Part shown: positions 62,550-64,000 of the stretch, one piece after another
How the letters are laid out: every line of letters starts with the position of its first letter
Numbering within the stretch: the stretch's first letter is position 1
Source of the DNA: Trichormus sp. ATA11-4-KO1
GTDB lineage: Bacteria > Cyanobacteriota > Cyanobacteriia > Cyanobacteriales > Nostocaceae
Assembly (NCBI GenBank): GCA_019358915.1
Contig: JAHHIM010000005.1
Coordinates: 64,001-128,000, forward strand
Direction of reading: 5' to 3'
Length of the DNA: 64,000 nt
Made by a program: the position numbers and the translations under genes
Notes under the pieces: model-generated
Seen by the model: the letters and a program-made list of their open reading frames with translations, nothing else
The model's database searches: none
Told to the model about the DNA's origin: nothing

Positions 62550-64000
62550 TCATCTCTCCCTAACTGGGAACTGTTCCGGTGCTAATTCTGGTGCTTCGCC
62601 TTCGTGGTGTTCGGCAAATGAGCCTTTGGGTTCTTTGAGAAGAAAAGCGCACAAGAAGGTGACTATTAGTGCGGTAACACCGAGGGTCTGGAAGAAGATG
62701 CGGTTACCAATATCACCTGCTGGTAACAAACTATATAGGGTGAGATAGGCTACGGCTCCAACGTTACCGTAAGCACCAACGTTACCGGCAATCTGTCCGG
62801 TAATGCGCCGCTTGACTAAAGGCACGATCGCATAAGTGGAACCTTCGCCGGCTTGGACGAAAAATGAACAAGCCATTGTCAGTATAATTGCTAGAGGCAA
62901 CCACCAATTACTACTTACACCACTCATGAATAAATAAGCAATACCCATGCCACCTGTAAGTACGGTCATTGTCCATTTGCGACTGCCGACTGTATCCGAA
63001 ACCCAACCACCACCGGGACGGGCAAATAAGTTCATGAAGGCGAAACTAGCGGCAATCATGCCGGCTAAGACTTTGCTGAGGCTGAAGGTTGACTCGAAAA
63101 ATGCCGGTAGCATGGAAACTACTGCTAGTTCTGAACCAAAGTTGACGAAGTAAGTTAGTTCTAAGATTGCTACTTGGGAAAACTCATAGCGGTCTTGGGG
63201 AGCATAATGTTTTTTGCCGCTCATCAAATCTTGGTTGACATGCCAGCATTTATATGCTTGGAATGCGTACAAACCAACTAATAGTAGGTAGACGATGAAT
63301 AGTTGAGTTTGACTAAGTAAGCCAATTTGAGCAATCCGCCAAGCTAGTACGCCTAAGATACCAACTAAGGGAATATTACTCAACATCAACAGCCAAAAGC
63401 TTCTTTTACTGGTGACTTCTATACCACCGTGGCGGGAAGGTCGCTGATAAACTTTACCGGAGGGTGTATCTTGGACATTGAAGAAATAAATCGCTCCATA
63501 GATGGCGGCGATGATCCCAGTTAAGGCGATCGCTAGTCGCCAGTTAATTTGACCTGCTGTAAAAACTGCGGCTGCTGTGGCTAATGTGGGTAGAGTAAAG
63601 GCCGCAGCTGCTGAACCAAAATTTCCCCAACCACCATAAATTCCTTCGGCGATACCAATTTCTTTGGGGGGAAACCATTCAGCAACCATCCGGATACCAA
63701 TGACAAAACCAGCACCGACGATACTTAATGCTAGGCGGCTGATGACTAACTGGCTGAAGTTTTGTGCGAATGCAAAGGCGAGACAAGGAATCGCCGCATA
63801 CATGAGTAGCAGGGAATAGGTAATGCGTGGCCCGTATTTATCTAAAACCATGCCAATGATGATCCGGGCTGGTACCGTGAGGGCGACGTTACAAATAGCG
63901 ATGGTTCTAACTTGGGCTACACTCAAGCCTAGTGCTTCTTGAATAGCAGTTTGAAATGGGGCAAAGTTAAACCACACTACAAATGAAAGGAAGAATGCAA
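62550..64000 (-). CDS. nrtP: MFS nitrate/nitrite permease NrtP (NarK/NasA family), 5' end outside the window
   Basis: WFNFAP, GIYGGWGNFG and GNVGAYGNVG nitrate-transporter signatures; adjacent to narB. Confidence 0.92.
   Translation of the reverse strand, partial: AFFLSFVVWFNFAPFQTAIQEALGLSVAQVRTIAICNVALTVPARIIIGMVLDKYGPRITYSLLLMYAAIPCLAFAFAQNFSQLVISRLALSIVGAGFVIGIRMVAEWFPPKEIGIAEGIYGGWGNFGSAAAAFTLPTLATAAAVFTAGQINWRLAIALTGIIAAIYGAIYFFNVQDTPSGKVYQRPSRHGGIEVTSKRSFWLLMLSNIPLVGILGVLAWRIAQIGLLSQTQLFIVYLLLVGLYAFQAYKCWHVNQDLMSGKKHYAPQDRYEFSQVAILELTYFVNFGSELAVVSMLPAFFESTFSLSKVLAGMIAASFAFMNLFARPGGGWVSDTVGSRKWTMTVLTGGMGIAYLFMSGVSSNWWLPLAIILTMACSFFVQAGEGSTYAIVPLVKRRITGQIAGNVGAYGNVGAVAYLTLYSLLPAGDIGNRIFFQTLGVTALIVTFLCAFLLKEPKGSFAEHHEGEAPELAPEQFPVRER

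Overview
Chromosomal window from a heterocyst-forming (Nostocales-type) cyanobacterium. The assignment rests on frequent HIP1 GCGATCGC octamers, STRR heptamer repeats, an rnpB with an STRR-expanded P12, and an asr1734-like gene next to ndhM and prpJ. Most of the window is core genome: groEL 3' end, corA, rnpB-rnc, queA, por, upp-IsaR1-crtH, ctpB, ndhM, a PP2C/CHAT-FHA/PrsW-FHA cluster, narM, narB and nrtP. Three accessory signals stand out. (1) At about 23.4-32.5 kb is a co-oriented cluster of two Rieske oxygenases, a divergent HemF, an ATC-hydrolase-family (TolI-like) protein, a covalent-FAD oxidase and a DevBC exporter. Its promoter carries a palindromic operator next to a divergent ribbon-helix-helix gene. 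It looks like a minimal, sugar-free relative of tolyporphin-type tetrapyrrole-tailoring clusters. (2) At 16.39-16.61 kb is an orphan TnpB omegaRNA-like / IS605 right-end sequence with no tnpB gene and an apparent -10 box of its own. (3) A ~6.2 kb island sits between two diverged copies of the narB 3' end. It contains a decayed integron (5'-deleted intI, one intact attC, one attC remnant, GNAT and SRPBCC cassette fragments, two toxin-antitoxin modules) and a GC-rich MarR-regulated operon. All assignments come from reading motifs by eye; no database searches were run.
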